A stretch of DNA of 32,000 nt, taken from NCBI GenBank assembly GCA_038741355.1, contig JAVYLC010000006.1, forward strand, positions 2,714 to 34,713. The letters are read 5' to 3'. Under the pieces are notes generated by a model. The model did no database searches. It saw only the letters and a list, made by a program, of their open reading frames with translations, and had not been told where the DNA came from. Position numbers and translations under genes: made by a program. This stretch comes from Nitrososphaerota archaeon (lineage in GTDB: Archaea; Thermoproteota; Nitrososphaeria_A; Caldarchaeales; Calditenuaceae). Positions within the stretch are counted from its first letter, which is position 1. Each line of letters starts with the position of its first letter. Of the stretch, positions 31,572-32,000 are shown piece after piece.

Positions 31572-31874
31572 TTGGCCGAGAGACATGCTATCTCCCTAAG
31601 CAGAAGGGCCCGTCTCGCCCTCGTCATCGCACTAGTAGGTGTGGCTATCAGCATAGTTCCCACAGTGCTTTTCTTACTTGTTATTGAGAATAAGCGTAAC
31701 GACCCTTTGGGATGGGAGATATTTGCTGATTTCCCCCTCCACCTTCTGACGGCTTTCATCGGTGCGGTTATTGGTTTTACCGGTGCACTCTTGTTTAGAT
31801 CTGCCGTAAGAAAGGAGTTGGAGGTTTCGAGACATGAGGAGAAGACGCAGAGTGTTTTGAAGAGGACTGTCTAA
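31572..31874 (+). CDS. Hypothetical small membrane protein (2 predicted TM helices)
   Basis: 'LALVIALVGVAISIVPTVLFLLVI' and 'LLTAFIGAVIGFTGALLF'. TTG start with AAGATATATG centred ~31 nt upstream. Preferred over the overlapping antisense ORF 31421-31759. Confidence 0.35.
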   Translation: MAERHAISLSRRARLALVIALVGVAISIVPTVLFLLVIENKRNDPLGWEIFADFPLHLLTAFIGAVIGFTGALLFRSAVRKELEVSRHEEKTQSVLKRTV

Positions 31875-32000
31875 AGCTCCTCTCACATATATCTCTTTAG
31901 CGAGAGTTGCCGAGGGCTTCTTGTCGGTGCTTGCTTGAAGACGGACTGTATATTCTCGACAGCGTTAATAGACCCCTCACGCAGGTACGGATTTTCAATA

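Noticed and set aside
31421-31759. 112-aa minus-strand ORF overlapping ORF 31572-31874
   Set aside because: The product is Arg/Ser/Thr/Ala-rich and featureless. The plus-strand alternative has two clean TM helices and a TATA at -31. Neither is strongly supported, so the plus ORF is reported at low confidence.
31883-32000. Open minus-strand frame running in from the right edge (...IENPYLREGSINAVENIQSVFKQAPTRSPRQLSLKRYM*)
   Set aside because: It is plausibly the 3' end of a gene beyond the window, but 39 residues with no motif are insufficient to call a feature.
1-32000. Search for tRNA, rRNA, CRISPR arrays, IS elements or integrases
   Set aside because: I found no T-loop-like GGTTCRANYC motifs in the spacers, no regularly spaced direct repeats, and no transposase- or integrase-like ORFs. 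The left-hand accessory-looking region has no detectable mobile-element boundaries.

Overview
This is a gene-dense chromosomal segment, about 90% coding and roughly 50-55% GC. It appears to come from a hyperthermophilic crenarchaeote (Thermoprotei-like).

The archaeal assignment rests on several gene families: archaeal-type S-adenosylmethionine synthetase, class I CCA-adding enzyme, Nep1, NucS/EndoMS, Elp3, Sm-like proteins, a PAC2 proteasome chaperone, and a Sulfolobus-like KD(P)G aldolase/KDG kinase pair. TATA boxes lie about 26-33 nt upstream of many start codons, which implies leaderless mRNAs.

I support about 38 protein-coding genes. I found no rRNA, tRNA, CRISPR array, transposase or integrase.

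Most of the window is housekeeping:
- Branched Entner-Doudoroff pathway genes kdgA-kdgK plus a ROK glucokinase.
- Polyamine genes aguB-aguA plus a divergent speE-like gene.
- cofE, cca, a cysteine synthase, nep1, elp3, nucS and the archaeal SAM synthetase (mat).
- An etfB-etfA-fixCX operon.

The regions worth a second look are:
- (i) A left-hand accessory-looking stretch (1-7200). It holds an apparently truncated ogt, an MNT nucleotidyltransferase next to a doubly disabled HEPN gene, an orphan radical-SAM/methyltransferase/GYD/Cys-rich-protein neighbourhood, and a wHTH-Mrr-like nuclease followed by an orphan RHH-like protein.
- (ii) A PurR/GfcR-like HTH-phosphoribosyltransferase regulator divergent from kdgA-kdgK.
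- (iii) A lower-GC trio of uncharacterised zinc-ribbon/membrane proteins (21210-22810). It sits immediately upstream of, and shares a TATA box with, an atypical ETF operon that has an expanded EtfB and a fused FixC-FixX.

No single stretch can be shown from sequence alone to be a new system. These candidates are ranked by how poorly known families explain them. All functional calls come from motif-level recognition by eye, not from database searches.
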